DNA of 61,978 nt, filler included, from Sphacelaria rigidula (lineage: Eukaryota), in assembly GCA_964200075.2 (NCBI GenBank). It is 10 parts of 10 records of this genome, joined end to end, with 100 filler letters (N's around TTAATTAATTAA, not from the genome) between each part and the next. Parts side by side here need not be neighbours in the genome. Positions count along the whole stretch, not along the records: positions 55,872 to 61,978 come from CAXNAA020022177.1; 9 more parts are not named here. One strand, written 5' to 3'. Both the position numbers and the translations under genes were made by a program. The notes under the pieces are model-generated. The model did not search any database, was not told where the DNA came from, and was given only the letters and a program-made list of their open reading frames with translations. Shown here one piece after another: positions 61,595 to 61,978 of this stretch; position 1 is the first letter of the stretch, and each line of letters begins with the position of its first letter.

Positions 61595-61978
61595 CCTGGT
61601 CCGGCAAGAACCCGGCGTGCTCCGTCCCGGCTTTGTAGGGGCGGACCCCCGATGGTGTTGACGTCGGTTGGTGTCGGTTGGCGATGACGCTATAAAACAC
61701 GCCACTCACTGCGTAAGTGAGGCAACTAGGCTACCGAATTCTTTGGCACCCTTGCATTTTTCTGCGGTAACCATGATGGTGGTCGAGCTAGATCAAGTCG
61801 TGCGGCGTGGGAGAAACTCAACTCCGCACAAGGGGAATGATCGCACTACGCAGTGTTTACATGGTGAGGACTCATGAGACAGTGTATCAGCCGTGGCTGT
61901 CTCAGGGAGTGGCGATACCAGAAAATAAAGCAACTCATTGTAGGCTGTCATCCACATGCAAGATAAAATCAGTAGGCT
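61595..61978 (+). mobile_element. A-body-A-B family, 5' part (A+body), cut by the window end
   Basis: Starts with A directly after poly-C; an inverted body copy lies at 61110-61361. Confidence 0.8.

Overview
This window is eukaryotic nuclear DNA, most consistent with a brown alga (Phaeophyceae, stramenopile). That assignment is an inference from short exons in multi-kb GT-AG introns, a tandem WSC-domain gene, a VIP36/ERGIC-53-like lectin, PPR motifs and CCCTAA repeats. It is not one locus: ten unrelated contigs of 6109-6107 bp, sorted by size, are joined by nine 100-bp artificial linkers (44N-TTAATTAATTAA-44N), so neighbourhood across linkers is meaningless. By splicing by eye with phase checks I reconstructed six partial genes: a multi-WSC protein, an ABCC/MRP transporter NBD2, an L-type lectin, a C2H2 zinc-finger plus probable BAH protein (with a candidate GC-AG intron), a metallo-beta-lactamase-fold protein and a PPR protein. 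Most of the rest is non-autonomous mobile DNA: hAT-like elements with 8-bp TSDs, piggyBac-like TTAA MITEs, TA-flanked MITEs, two tRNA-derived SINE families, foldbacks and micro/minisatellites. I found no CRISPR array, no operon and no convincing ribozyme. The best candidate for something uncharacterised is an abundant ~560-bp repeat with an asymmetric A-body-A-B structure. It sits in C-rich tracts, often just upstream of splice acceptors, and coincides with five contig ends.
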